A stretch of 48,628 nucleotides of DNA from assembly GCA_002720895.1 (NCBI GenBank), contig PBIP01000012.1:1-48628 (forward strand). The letters run 5' to 3'. Under the pieces are notes generated by a model. That model worked only from the letters and a program-made list of their open reading frames with translations, made no database searches and was not told the origin of the DNA. The DNA is from Pelagibacteraceae bacterium. Lineage in GTDB: Bacteria > Pseudomonadota > Alphaproteobacteria > GCA-002720895. How positions within the stretch are numbered: the first letter of the stretch is position 1; every line of letters begins with the position of its first letter. Of this stretch, positions 19,612 to 29,517 are shown piece by piece. Made by a program: the position numbers and the translations under genes.

Positions 19612-21091
19612 TTATTACAAAGAATTGGAACTTAAATATAAAGAAATATCTTTACTTTACGAAACTATGGGAATTTTACATTGGGATAGTTCGACTGTTA
19701 TGCCAAAAAAAAGTATTGATGGAAGAACTGATCAACTTACAAATTTGTATGTTTTATCTCACAAAATGTTAAAAGATAAAAATATTTATGATTGTATAAG
19801 AAAATCTGAAAAAATTAATAAATTAAGTAATTGGGAAAGAAGAAATCTTAAACTAATAAAAAAAGAATATATTCTTAATAAATCATTAGATAAGAGATTG
19901 ATAGAAAAGATATCACATGCAACATCAAAATGTGAAATGCAATGGAGAGTTTCTAAAGAAAATAATGATTTTAAATCAATAGTGCCATTTCTTGAAGAAG
20001 TTATAGAGCTAAGGAAGATAGAGGCAAAAATAAAAAGTAAAGTTTTAAAGTGTAGTTTATACGATGCTTTATTAAATGATCATGAAGACGATTTAAATTC
20101 AAATAAAATTGACACTATATTTAATCAATTAATTTCATTTCTACCTGATTTTTTAAAAGAAGTTTTAAATTATCAAAAAAAAAAAAAACTTATTCATATT
20201 AAAGATAAAATTAATACAAATCTTCAGGAAGAATTAGGTAGAATGTTAATGAAAAAAATTGGATTTGATTTTTCTTATGGAAGATTAGATGTAAGCATGC
20301 ACCCTTTTTGTGGAGGTGCGTACCAAGATTCTAGAATTACCACAAGATATAATGAAAAAAACTTTGTCGAAAGTCTAATGGGTGTATTACATGAAACAGG
20401 TCATGCTCTTTATAATTTGGGTCTTCCAAATAAATGGAAATATCAGCCTGTTGGAGATGCATTGGGTACAGTTGTACATGAAAGTCAGTCTTTATTTATG
20501 GAAATGCAAGTTTGTAGAAGTTATGAATTTTTAAATTTTGCCTCACCTTTTATAAGAAAAATTTTTAAAAAAAATGGTATTAAGTGGAGAGCTGATAATT
20601 TATATAAAATTTATACTTCTGTTAAACCAAGTTTTATTAGAGTTGATGCCGATGAAGTAACATATCCATTACATGTAATTATAAGGTATAAAATTGAGAA
20701 AGATCTTATAGAAGGAAATATAAAAGTTAAAGAAATACCAATTATATGGAATAAATACATGAAAGATTTCTTAGGAATAGTTCCTAAAAATCATAAAGAA
20801 GGTTGTTTACAAGATATTCATTGGTTTGATGGTACATTTGGTTACTTTCCTACATATACTTTAGGAGCTTTATATGCAGCACAATTATTTGCTAAAATAA
20901 AAAGAATAATGCCAAATATAAATAAACAAATTTCTAAAGGTAATTTTAAAAATTTACTAGATTGGTTAAGATTGAATGTACATTTAAAAGGTTCTTTATG
21001 TAATAGTAATGAATTAATTAAAAATATTACAGGAGAAGAATTAAATATTGAATATTTTAAAAAACATTTAATAAATAGGTATCTAAATTAA
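19601..21091 (+). CDS. carboxypeptidase Taq-like M32 metallocarboxypeptidase
   Basis: 496 aa with HETGHALY (HExxH), HESQS, DIHW and GYFPTYTLG motifs of family M32. Confidence 0.9.
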   Translation: MKNNYYKELELKYKEISLLYETMGILHWDSSTVMPKKSIDGRTDQLTNLYVLSHKMLKDKNIYDCIRKSEKINKLSNWERRNLKLIKKEYILNKSLDKRLIEKISHATSKCEMQWRVSKENNDFKSIVPFLEEVIELRKIEAKIKSKVLKCSLYDALLNDHEDDLNSNKIDTIFNQLISFLPDFLKEVLNYQKKKKLIHIKDKINTNLQEELGRMLMKKIGFDFSYGRLDVSMHPFCGGAYQDSRITTRYNEKNFVESLMGVLHETGHALYNLGLPNKWKYQPVGDALGTVVHESQSLFMEMQVCRSYEFLNFASPFIRKIFKKNGIKWRADNLYKIYTSVKPSFIRVDADEVTYPLHVIIRYKIEKDLIEGNIKVKEIPIIWNKYMKDFLGIVPKNHKEGCLQDIHWFDGTFGYFPTYTLGALYAAQLFAKIKRIMPNINKQISKGNFKNLLDWLRLNVHLKGSLCNSNELIKNITGEELNIEYFKKHLINRYLN

Positions 21092-21112
21092 TAACACTTA
21101 TTTAATATAATT

Positions 21113-22507
21113 TTGTATTACGAAAGCACTAGAAATAATAAGATAAAAAAAAGTTTTAAAGAAGTATTACTCACAGGTCTTTCTGATGACGGTGGATTAT
21201 ATATTCCTAAAAAATGGCCAAAAGTATCGAAAAAAGAATTTTCTAAGATTAAGAGAATGAATTACCAACAAATTGCATTTCACATTTCAAAAAAATTTAT
21301 TAAAAATGAAATAAGCGACAAAGATCTAAAACAAATTATTAACAAATCTTTTATAAATTTTTCAAATAAAAAAATAACAACTCATAAAAGTTTGGGTAAT
21401 AATAGATGGCTATTAGAATTATTTTATGGCCCTACTTTTGCGTTTAAAGACTACGCGCTTCAGGTTGTCGGAAATTTATTTGATTATGTATTAAAAAAAG
21501 AAAAAAAAAAAATTACAATAATAGGAGCTACATCAGGAGATACAGGTTCAGCTGCTATTAGTGGGTGTAAAAATAAGAGCACCATGGAAGTTTTTATATT
21601 TCATCCATATAAAAAGATATCAAACATCCAACGTAAATTAATGACAACTGTTAATTCAAAAAATATTCATAACATTGCTATTAAAGGAAACTTTGATGAT
21701 TGCCAAGAAATAGTTAAGAAATTATTTATAGATAAAAGTTTGAAAAATAAATTTACATTTTCTGCTATTAACTCTATAAATTGGGCAAGAATTTTATTTC
21801 AGGTTATTTATTATTTTTATTCTGTATCGAGAATAAATCAAAAAAATAAAAAATTTATTTTTTCTATACCATCAGGTAATTTTGGCAATGTATATTCAGG
21901 ATATATAGCAAAAAAAATAGGTTTACCTATAGATAAGTTAATTATTGCAACAAACGAAAATGATGTTTTGCAAACATTTACTAATAAAGGATTTATTAAA
22001 TTGAAATCTGTAAAATCAACAATTTCACCAAGTATGGATATTCAATTACCGAGTAATTTAGAAAGATATATATATGAATTATTTGGCAAAAACAATAAGT
22101 TAGTAATTAATAGTTTAAATTATTTATATAAAAATAAAAAAATTTTAATAAATAAAAATCATATAAAAAAAATTCAAAAAAATTTTAAATCTTCCAAAGT
22201 TAATGAGAAAGACACATTGTTAACTATGAAAGATTTTTTTACTAGATATAAAATAATTTTAGATCCTCATACTGCAGTTGGAGTTGCAGCTGAAAAAAAA
22301 CAAAAAATAAAATCTTTGCCAGTTATATATTTAGCAACAGCGCATCCCGGTAAATTTCCTGAAACAATTAATAGAGCTATAGGAAAAAAAATTAATTTAC
22401 CTAAGAAATTATTAAATAAAAAAGAAAAATATAAGGTAATTAATTTAAATTATAATAAAATTAAAAATTATATGATTAAACAATCTAGGTTTGTAAAAAA
22501 TGTATAA
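21113..22507 (+). CDS. thrC: threonine synthase
   Basis: 464 aa with the N-terminal GLSDDGGLYIP, the PLP-lysine motif GPTFAFKD, and TSGDTGSAA. The tracked start is a TTG. Confidence 0.9.
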   Translation: MYYESTRNNKIKKSFKEVLLTGLSDDGGLYIPKKWPKVSKKEFSKIKRMNYQQIAFHISKKFIKNEISDKDLKQIINKSFINFSNKKITTHKSLGNNRWLLELFYGPTFAFKDYALQVVGNLFDYVLKKEKKKITIIGATSGDTGSAAISGCKNKSTMEVFIFHPYKKISNIQRKLMTTVNSKNIHNIAIKGNFDDCQEIVKKLFIDKSLKNKFTFSAINSINWARILFQVIYYFYSVSRINQKNKKFIFSIPSGNFGNVYSGYIAKKIGLPIDKLIIATNENDVLQTFTNKGFIKLKSVKSTISPSMDIQLPSNLERYIYELFGKNNKLVINSLNYLYKNKKILINKNHIKKIQKNFKSSKVNEKDTLLTMKDFFTRYKIILDPHTAVGVAAEKKQKIKSLPVIYLATAHPGKFPETINRAIGKKINLPKKLLNKKEKYKVINLNYNKIKNYMIKQSRFVKNV

Positions 22508-23072
22508 TATTTTCTCTATAAAAAAAGAAATAGACCTAAAAGGAAAAAAAGTAATTTTAAAAAAACCAAAAAAAGAAAATTGGAATGAATGGGCACAATT
22601 AAGGCAAAAATCTAGAAATTTTCTGCAACCATGGGAACCAAAATGGCCTAAAGATTTTCTTACAAAAGAATCTTTTAATAATTTTATAGCAATGGTAGAA
22701 GCATCATTAAAAAATAAAACTAGCTATAATTTTTTTATTTTTCATAAAAAAAATTATAATTTGATGGGAGGTATTAGTCTTACAAATCACAAATCGGAAG
22801 GGTATAAAAGTATAACCATTGGATATTGGATGGGTGAAGAGTTTGCAGGACAAGGGTATATGCGAGACACTCTTTCAGTTATTTGTGACTTTTGTTTTTT
22901 CAATTTAAGATTAAATAGAATAGAGGCTGCTTGTTTACCAAAGAATATAACTAGTAAAAAACTTCTTTTAAATGTAGGTTTTGAGGTAGAAGGTTATGCA
23001 AAAAAATATTTGAATATAAACGGAAAACTAGAAGATCATTTGCTTTTAGCAAGAATAAATAAAAATATTTAA
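22500..23072 (+). CDS. GNAT family N-acetyltransferase (RimJ/RimL-like)
   Basis: 190 aa with IGYWMGEEFAGQGYM and RIEAACLPKNITSKKLL, typical of the acetyltransferase fold of the RimJ/L subgroup. Confidence 0.75.
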   Translation: MYNIFSIKKEIDLKGKKVILKKPKKENWNEWAQLRQKSRNFLQPWEPKWPKDFLTKESFNNFIAMVEASLKNKTSYNFFIFHKKNYNLMGGISLTNHKSEGYKSITIGYWMGEEFAGQGYMRDTLSVICDFCFFNLRLNRIEAACLPKNITSKKLLLNVGFEVEGYAKKYLNINGKLEDHLLLARINKNI

Positions 23073-23635
23073 CATTTTCCAGAGTTAGAGTTAAGAAAAT
23101 CAGGATTTATTCCAATAGATTTAATCGCCTCCCGCCATTTTTTTTCTGCCTTACATTCAAATATTAGTTTTGAATCTCCAGGAGCCACTAACCATCCATT
23201 ATCATTTAATTCATTTTCTAATTGCCCAGCGAACCAACCCGCGTAACCAAGAGCGAATAAGGATTTCTTTGGGCCATCCCCTTTAACTATTGATTTAAGT
23301 ATGTTGATATTTGATGTTAAAAAAACCTCATTATCAACTTTTATTGTTGATTCATCTTTGAATTCAGGTGTATGTAAAATGAATCCTTTTTTTGTATCAA
23401 CAGGACCCCCATAAGTAATTGGAATATTATCAATATTTGAATTATTTTTTATTTCTTCAAAATTAATTAAATTATTTATATTTGCTTTAATGATTGGTTG
23501 GTTTATCACTATTCCCATTGCACCCTCTTTTTTATGTGTAATTAAATAAATTACAGATTTATAGAATCTAGGATCAGCCATTGTTGGCGATGAAATTAAA
23601 AAATTACCAGATAAAAATTTATTATTTTTTTTCAC
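23069..23635 (-). CDS. YqgE/AlgH family protein (UPF0301)
   Basis: 188 aa with PRFYKSVIYLITH..EGAMGIVINQP, GGPV..KGFILH and GYAGWFAGQLENEL..NGW. GTG start. Confidence 0.85.
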   Translation of the reverse strand: MKKNNKFLSGNFLISSPTMADPRFYKSVIYLITHKKEGAMGIVINQPIIKANINNLINFEEIKNNSNIDNIPITYGGPVDTKKGFILHTPEFKDESTIKVDNEVFLTSNINILKSIVKGDGPKKSLFALGYAGWFAGQLENELNDNGWLVAPGDSKLIFECKAEKKWREAIKSIGINPDFLNSNSGKC

Positions 23636-23714
23636 AATATGAATAAATGAAATATATCATTTATTATAATAAATATTAATTAATATTGTTTATAGTAAAT
23701 TTAAAATAATTATT

Positions 23715-25358
23715 ATGTTTGCAAAATTCATTAAAATTTTTTTTACAATTATCTTTTTATTTTTAAATTTTTTTACAATAAGTTTTGCAAAAAATGATAA
23801 AGCTTATGTAGAACATGAGAAATTATCTTTAGAATTAATTTCATCAGTTAAATCAATAAATAATAAAAGTAATTTATATTTAGGTCTTTATTTTAAATTG
23901 GATCCCGGATGGAAGATTTATTGGAAATATCCAGGTAAGGCTGGATATCCGCCAGATATTGATTGGAAAGATTCTAATAACATTAAAAATTTGGAAATTT
24001 TATGGCCAAAACCTAAAAAGTTTGAAATTTTAGGCATGCAAAGTATAGGATATTCAAATAATATTATTTTGCCGGTCAAAGTTTCTTTGAGTAAAAATAA
24101 TGAAGTGGTAGTGGCAAATTTTAATATTGATTATCTAACTTGTAATAAAATATGCGTACCTTACACAGACAGATTAATATTAGAAATTCCTAAAGGAGAT
24201 GGAAGTGGTTCTAAATATGAGAATTTAATCAATGAATATATTGAAAAGTCAAATTACATCAAATATTCTAATTTTTTTAGCCCAGATAGTATTTTATTTT
24301 TTTTATTAATTGCATTTATTGGCGGAATTATTCTTAATTTTATGCCATGTGTGTTTCCAGTTTTATCATTAAAAATTTATAATGTTTTATCTAATAATCA
24401 GAAAAGTATAACTAGTAAAATTATTAAAAGAAATTTTTTTGCAACAGTTCTAGGAATAATATTTTCTTTTTTTATTTTATCTTTAATAACAATTCTTTTA
24501 AAAAATTTAGGACATAATCTTGGCTGGGGTTTTCAATTTCAATCTCCAATTTTTTTAATTTTTATGATTTCAATATTAATTATATTTTCTTTAAGTTTAA
24601 TGGATATTTTTTCATTTGATATTCCTCGTTTCGTAAAAAATTATTTAAATAAAATTATGATTTTAAATAAAAAAAATTCTGAATTTTACCAAAACTTTTT
24701 TTTGGGAACTTTTATAACATTATTATCAACTCCGTGTTCCGCACCTTTTATAGGAACAGCATTAGGTTTTGCTTTTGTTAGCCCAAATGAAATTATTTTT
24801 TTAATTTTCTTTTTTATTAGTTTAGGATTATCTAGTCCGTACATTATATTGGCAACTAATCCAGGACTTTTGTCTTTTTTACCAAAACCCGGTCTTTGGA
24901 TGAAAAAAATAAAATATTTTTTAAGCATTATTTTAATGATTACAGCTGTTTGGTTGGCAAGCGTACTATTAATTCAAGTAAATATTTTTAAAGATAATTC
25001 GAATGAGGATAATTGGATAAAATTTGAACAAAATAAAATTGATAAATTGATTTTAGAAAATCATATTGTTTTTGTAGATATTACCGCTGACTGGTGTTTG
25101 ACATGTTTTTATAACAAAAAAACTGTATTAGACAGAAAAAAAGTAAAAAATATTTTTGATAAATATGATGTAATTAAAATGCGCGGAGATTTAACAAAGC
25201 CTAACAAAGAAATAAATGAATACATAAATATCTTAGGTAGATTTGGAATACCTGTTAATATTATTTATTCTCCATCAACACCCCAAGGCGTGCTATTATC
25301 TGAAGTCTTGACTGTTAAGTCTCTTTTGAGTACCTTCGAAAGAGTAAAAAATGATTAA
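23715..25358 (+). CDS. DsbD/ScsB-family thiol:disulfide interchange (protein-disulfide reductase) membrane protein
   Basis: 547 aa with a signal peptide plus a periplasmic N-domain. The central DsbD transmembrane core has FMPCVFPVLS and STPCSAPF cysteines. The C-terminal thioredoxin-like domain has DWCLTC. Confidence 0.8.
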   Translation: MFAKFIKIFFTIIFLFLNFFTISFAKNDKAYVEHEKLSLELISSVKSINNKSNLYLGLYFKLDPGWKIYWKYPGKAGYPPDIDWKDSNNIKNLEILWPKPKKFEILGMQSIGYSNNIILPVKVSLSKNNEVVVANFNIDYLTCNKICVPYTDRLILEIPKGDGSGSKYENLINEYIEKSNYIKYSNFFSPDSILFFLLIAFIGGIILNFMPCVFPVLSLKIYNVLSNNQKSITSKIIKRNFFATVLGIIFSFFILSLITILLKNLGHNLGWGFQFQSPIFLIFMISILIIFSLSLMDIFSFDIPRFVKNYLNKIMILNKKNSEFYQNFFLGTFITLLSTPCSAPFIGTALGFAFVSPNEIIFLIFFFISLGLSSPYIILATNPGLLSFLPKPGLWMKKIKYFLSIILMITAVWLASVLLIQVNIFKDNSNEDNWIKFEQNKIDKLILENHIVFVDITADWCLTCFYNKKTVLDRKKVKNIFDKYDVIKMRGDLTKPNKEINEYINILGRFGIPVNIIYSPSTPQGVLLSEVLTVKSLLSTFERVKND

Positions 25359-25830
25359 AGAAGGTGAAATATTCCCAAACAATAATATTACTGTAGTTGG
25401 TAACAAATCACAGGAAATGGAGACTGATAAGTTGTTTTCAGGTAAAAAAGTAATTTTATTTGCAGTTCCAGGAGCATTTACTCCAACCTGTAATAATTCA
25501 CATTTACCTTCTTTCATTGAAAAATATGATGAATTAAAAGAAAAGGGAATTGATAATATAATATGTCTTTCTGTTAATGATCAATTTGTTTCAAAAGTTT
25601 GGAGAGACAGTAAATCATTAAATGATGATTTTTTATTTCTAGCTGATGGTAATGGACAAGTAACCCAAGCATTAGGAATGACTTTAGATTGCTCCGGTTT
25701 TGGCATGGGCAAAAGATCTAATAGATACGTAATGATAATTGAAGATAAAATAGTTAAGAAATTAATTGTTGAAGAAAATCCGGGCGTTTGTGAATTAACA
25801 AATGCAAATGAAATTTTAAATTCCATTTAA
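25351..25830 (+). CDS. peroxiredoxin, Prx5-like
   Basis: 159 aa with the active-site motif AVPGAFTPTC and no signal peptide. Confidence 0.9.
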   Translation: MIKEGEIFPNNNITVVGNKSQEMETDKLFSGKKVILFAVPGAFTPTCNNSHLPSFIEKYDELKEKGIDNIICLSVNDQFVSKVWRDSKSLNDDFLFLADGNGQVTQALGMTLDCSGFGMGKRSNRYVMIIEDKIVKKLIVEENPGVCELTNANEILNSI

Positions 25831-26258
25831 GATTTTATAGCCTTTTTTGCCAATATATCTGCTTTTTCATTAAAAATATTTTCATTATGACCTTTAACCC
25901 AAAACCATTGTATTTTATGATCTTCAATTATACTTTCTAGTAATTTCCATAAATCTGAGTTTTTAACGTCTTTTTTGTTTGATGTTTTCCATTTATTTAT
26001 CTTCCATTTTTTAATCCAAATTGTTATTCCTTCTTTAAGATATTTACTATCTGTATAAATATTTATTTCTGTTTTTTTTTTAAAAGATGTAATAGCTTTA
26101 ATGGCTGCAGTTAGTTCCATTCTATTATTAGTTGTATGATCTTCTGATCCACTGAGTTCCTTTATTGCTCCGTTATCAAACTTAATTATAACTGCCCATC
26201 CTCCAGGCCCCGGATTTCCTAAACACGATCCATCAGTATAAATATCAGCTTTTATCAT
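25827..26258 (-). CDS. rnhA: ribonuclease HI
   Basis: 143 aa with IYTDGSCLGNPGPGGWA, TNNRMEL, YTDSKY and WVKGHNENIFNEKADILA, carrying the DEDD catalytic residues. Confidence 0.9.
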   Translation of the reverse strand: MIKADIYTDGSCLGNPGPGGWAVIIKFDNGAIKELSGSEDHTTNNRMELTAAIKAITSFKKKTEINIYTDSKYLKEGITIWIKKWKINKWKTSNKKDVKNSDLWKLLESIIEDHKIQWFWVKGHNENIFNEKADILAKKAIKS

Positions 26259-26263
26259 AATTT

Positions 26264-27208
26264 TTAAAATTTTTTTTTTAAATTATTAGATTGAAAATAT
26301 TTCAATTTATTTAAATACTCATTTGGATTTTTATTATATTTTTTAGGTATTTTTTTGTTCTGAGAATCCATTAATCGTGATAAATAAAATCTTAAACTAC
26401 TTGCTCGTAGAAAAAAATTTAGATACTTTATTTCTTGTGTATTTATTTTTCTTATGGAGTTATAACCTCTAATTAAACTTTTCATTTTTTGTAAATCTAG
26501 TTTTTCTTTATAACACCATGCATTTATACATATTGATAAATCATAACAAAAAAAATCATTACATGCATTTGAAAGATCTATTATTCCTACAATATTATTT
26601 TTTTTAAAAAAAACATTATCTGGAAAAAGATCTCCATGAATAATCCCTGAGGGCAGTCTTTTCGGCCAATTCTTTTTTAAATAACGAAGTTCTTTTTTTA
26701 AAAATAAAGAATCTTTTTTTGGTAATTTATTTTTTTTTATTATTTTATTCCATTCATTTAAAGAAAAATCGTTTTTTCTTTTTTTGTTAAAATATAATGT
26801 AGTTTTATGAAATATTGCCAGAGATTTACCTAAATTATAGCAATGCTTGTTATTAACTTTTTTAGCAATATTTCCTTCTATGAAATTAATTATGGCATAT
26901 TTCTTATTTTTATAAGAACTTAGTTGTTTTCTTTTATTGTTATAAAGTATTTGAGGACAAGGAAAATTTTTTCTTTTTAAAAAATTTATTAACTCAATGA
27001 AAAATGATAAATTTTTTTTTTTTATTCTTTCAGTAATTTTATTTTCATAGATAGTTAATATGTATTTTTCTTTTTTTTTTGTTTCAAAAAAATAATTTGT
27101 ATTTTCTATACCTTCTTCAATGCCTTTAAAAAAAAGAACATTTCCAATAGAATAATTATTTAAATATTTTTGAAATTCAAGTTTGTTAATTTTTGTGTAA
27201 TAGGCCAA
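26264..27208 (-). CDS. thrB: homoserine kinase, type II (APH/choline-kinase fold)
   Basis: 314 aa with the kinase catalytic motif IIHGDLFPDNVFF and IIDLSNAC (HxDxxxxN...D). The thrB-rnhA adjacency is common in alphaproteobacteria. Confidence 0.8.
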   Translation of the reverse strand: MAYYTKINKLEFQKYLNNYSIGNVLFFKGIEEGIENTNYFFETKKKEKYILTIYENKITERIKKKNLSFFIELINFLKRKNFPCPQILYNNKRKQLSSYKNKKYAIINFIEGNIAKKVNNKHCYNLGKSLAIFHKTTLYFNKKRKNDFSLNEWNKIIKKNKLPKKDSLFLKKELRYLKKNWPKRLPSGIIHGDLFPDNVFFKKNNIVGIIDLSNACNDFFCYDLSICINAWCYKEKLDLQKMKSLIRGYNSIRKINTQEIKYLNFFLRASSLRFYLSRLMDSQNKKIPKKYNKNPNEYLNKLKYFQSNNLKKKF

Positions 27209-27272
27209 TATAATATCTTATAAAAAAAAACAATTTTAGTATAATAATAGTAGTTTAGATAAAAATAAAAAA

Positions 27273-27515
27273 ATGAATAATAAAAGTTCTTCAAAATGCT
27301 TGGAACCATATTCAGTAAAAGTTGAAAAAGGTAAAAAATATGCTTGGTGCTCTTGTAGCTTAAGTGCAAAGCAACCATTCTGTGACGGAGCTCATTCATC
27401 AACAGAATTTAAACCTATTATTTTCATAGCAGATACAAGTGGTATTGTTTATTTGTGCGGTTGTAAATATACAAAAAAACCCCCTTATTGTGATGGAAGT
27501 CATAGTTCTTTATAA
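27273..27515 (+). CDS. CDGSH iron-sulfur domain-containing protein (two CDGSH motifs)
   Basis: 80 aa carrying two copies of the motif: CSCSLSAKQPFCDGAHS and CGCKYTKKPPYCDGSHS. Confidence 0.85.
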   Translation: MNNKSSSKCLEPYSVKVEKGKKYAWCSCSLSAKQPFCDGAHSSTEFKPIIFIADTSGIVYLCGCKYTKKPPYCDGSHSSL

Positions 27516-28021
27516 TTTTTTTTACTAAAAAGACTTGTAATAGATTTAGCAATATCATTAGTATCGTTTTTATTATTTTCATTCTTTAAAAAATCTAAAA
27601 CACTTTTTATTGAGACTTCTAAAGCAAGTTTTCTTATATCTGTAACAGCTTGATATTTGGTTTGTTCTATTCTATCTAAAATTTTTTTTTTAGACCTATT
27701 ACTATATAGCTCACCTTCTTTTAAAATCTTGTCTTTGATCATATCAGCCTCATTACCAGCATCATCAATAATTTTTTTTTTATTATTAATTATTTTTTCT
27801 AGATTAACCTTTGCTTCTTTTAAATTTGTTTCAGCTTCTATTTTTATTTTTTTTGTATCACTTATTTTTTTTTTTATTTCCTCTATTCTTTTATCCAAAG
27901 TTTCAATTAAAATATTTTTAGTTTTCTTATATGCTAAAATTACAAATATGATAAATGCAACTGCTACCCAAAAAGTTTCACTATGCAATATATTAGAATA
28001 ATTTAAATTATAAATTTCCAT
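27500..28021 (-). CDS. atpF: F0F1 ATP synthase subunit b
   Basis: 173 aa with one N-terminal TM helix and then a long charged helix. It is the last gene of the atpI-B-E-b'-b operon. Confidence 0.8.
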   Translation of the reverse strand: MEIYNLNYSNILHSETFWVAVAFIIFVILAYKKTKNILIETLDKRIEEIKKKISDTKKIKIEAETNLKEAKVNLEKIINNKKKIIDDAGNEADMIKDKILKEGELYSNRSKKKILDRIEQTKYQAVTDIRKLALEVSIKSVLDFLKNENNKNDTNDIAKSITSLFSKKNYKEL

Positions 28022-28514
28022 TATTTATTTCTTTTAAGTTTTTATTAATTATTGATTTTAGGTTATTTTTTTTTATTTTTTTATTATCAGTGACTTTTTT
28101 TAGAATTTCCTTCGATAAATTAAATGAAATTTTATTAATTTCTTTTAATGCTTTTTTTTTTTTTAAAATTATATCTTTTTCATCTCTTTCTAATTTTTTT
28201 TCCAATTTTGTTTTCAATAATTCAAAATTTTGATTTATTTTTTTATCAGTCTTTTCTTTTAAACTAGTAATTATTTGTCTAGCCTCGGTCTCTGTATCTT
28301 TTTTTACTTTTTCAAGTTCTTCATTTATTATTTCTGTATCTCTAAAAAGTTGTTCCGAAATATGAATATTATTTTTAATTTCAGATTCACGTGTTTTAAT
28401 TACATAAGATATTTTAGGAATTATTATCCTGGATAATATTATGTAAAGTATAAAAAAACTTATTACGAGCCAAAATATTTGACTCGGAAAAGTTGTGATT
28501 TCCAGTTGCGGCAT
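28008..28514 (-). CDS. atpF2: F0F1 ATP synthase subunit b'
   Basis: 168 aa with an N-terminal TM helix (FWLVISFFILYIIL) and then a charged helix. It is the first of two b-type genes after atpE, as in alphaproteobacterial F0 operons. Confidence 0.75.
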   Translation of the reverse strand: MPQLEITTFPSQIFWLVISFFILYIILSRIIIPKISYVIKTRESEIKNNIHISEQLFRDTEIINEELEKVKKDTETEARQIITSLKEKTDKKINQNFELLKTKLEKKLERDEKDIILKKKKALKEINKISFNLSKEILKKVTDNKKIKKNNLKSIINKNLKEINNGNL

Positions 28515-28533
28515 CTTATTTAAATTTTAAAAA

Positions 28534-28758
28534 TTATAAAAATAAAACTAAGAATGCAATTAATAAAGCATATAAAGCTACAGCTTCTACTAGAGCAAAA
28601 CCCAACATTCCCATTGGAAAAACCTGCGGTCTTGCAGATGGGTTTCTTGCAATAGCTGAAATTAAGGATGCAAAAATATGTCCTATTCCTGCTCCCACTC
28701 CGCCTAAGCCAATTACTGCCAATCCGGCACCAATTAATTTAGCTGCTTCTACTTCCAT
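28534..28758 (-). CDS. atpE: F0F1 ATP synthase subunit c
   Basis: 74-aa hairpin proteolipid with a glycine-rich helix (GLGGVGAGIG), a polar loop ARNP, and the carboxylate helix FALVEAVALYAL. Confidence 0.95.
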   Translation of the reverse strand: MEVEAAKLIGAGLAVIGLGGVGAGIGHIFASLISAIARNPSARPQVFPMGMLGFALVEAVALYALLIAFLVLFL

Positions 28759-28764
28759 ATTATT

Positions 28765-28769
28765 CCTCC
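28765..28769 (-). promoter_or_regulatory. Shine-Dalgarno sequence (GGAGG on minus strand) for atpE
   Basis: The plus-strand CCTCC at 28765-28769 reads AGGAGGAATAATATG on the coding strand, 6 nt upstream of the atpE ATG (28758). Confidence 0.5.
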
Positions 28770-28773
28770 TAAA

Positions 28774-29496
28774 TTAGTGTAAATTAATAGCATCATTTAA
28801 ATATAAACAAGTTAATACAGTAAATACATAAGCTTGTAAAAAAGCAACAAGAACTTCAAAAGCTGTTAGCGCAACATCTACTATTAGCGGGGCTATACCA
28901 AATAAACCTAAGGAAAATATAAAACCAGCAAAGACTTTTAACATTGTATGACCTGCCATCATGTTAGCAAATAGTCTTATCGATAAACTTACAGGTCTTG
29001 ATAAATATGATATTATTTCGATTGGGACCATTAATGGTAACATTGCCATAGGTACTCCTTTTGGGACAAATAAACCAAAAAATTTAAAACCGTGCATCAT
29101 AATTCCTATTAAGGTTACAAATAAAAAAATAAACATAGCCATAACAAAAGTAACTATAATATGACTTGTAAAAGTAAAACTATAGGGTAAAAGTCCTAAT
29201 AAATTTCCAAATAATATGAATGTAAAAAGAGTAAATATCAAAGGAAAAAATTTTTGTCCTTTATTTCCAATATTATCATTAATCATATTTGCAATAAATT
29301 CATAAAATATTTCAGATACACTTTGTAATCGTGTTGGTATAATTTTTTTCTTTTTTATAGATGAAATTAGAAATATTGAAATAAATAATACAGTCAACAT
29401 CATAAATAATGATGAATTAGTAAATGATAAATCAATATTGTTTATTTCAATTGGGATTATTTTTTTTATCTCAAATTGATGAATAGGATCTGCCAT
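28774..29496 (-). CDS. atpB: F0F1 ATP synthase subunit a
   Basis: 240 aa, polytopic, with the conserved LSIRLFANMMAGH motif containing the essential arginine. Confidence 0.95.
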   Translation of the reverse strand: MADPIHQFEIKKIIPIEINNIDLSFTNSSLFMMLTVLFISIFLISSIKKKKIIPTRLQSVSEIFYEFIANMINDNIGNKGQKFFPLIFTLFTFILFGNLLGLLPYSFTFTSHIIVTFVMAMFIFLFVTLIGIMMHGFKFFGLFVPKGVPMAMLPLMVPIEIISYLSRPVSLSIRLFANMMAGHTMLKVFAGFIFSLGLFGIAPLIVDVALTAFEVLVAFLQAYVFTVLTCLYLNDAINLH

Positions 29497-29517
29497 AAGT
29501 TAAAGAAAAAAAGTTAT

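Noticed and set aside
21092-21112. Riboswitch or leader candidates upstream of thrC, mtnP, gshA and the cox/pet operons.
   Set aside because: Every same-strand spacer is 31 nt or less, apart from the one filled by the 39-aa ORF. Divergent spacers are 107 nt or less. There is not enough room for known riboswitch aptamers and no conserved structured core is visible.
27657-28001. 114-aa plus-strand ORF antisense to atpF. Similar antisense ORFs lie at 28961..29164 (atpB), 32380..32703 (dsbA-like), 36934..37158 (udg), 42845..43072 (DUF1285), 24686..24928 (dsbD-like) and 8460..8672 (pmbA).
   Set aside because: The same shadow-ORF explanation applies. The sequences are hydrophobic or low-complexity without recognisable domains, and each lies entirely within a confidently assigned gene on the other strand.
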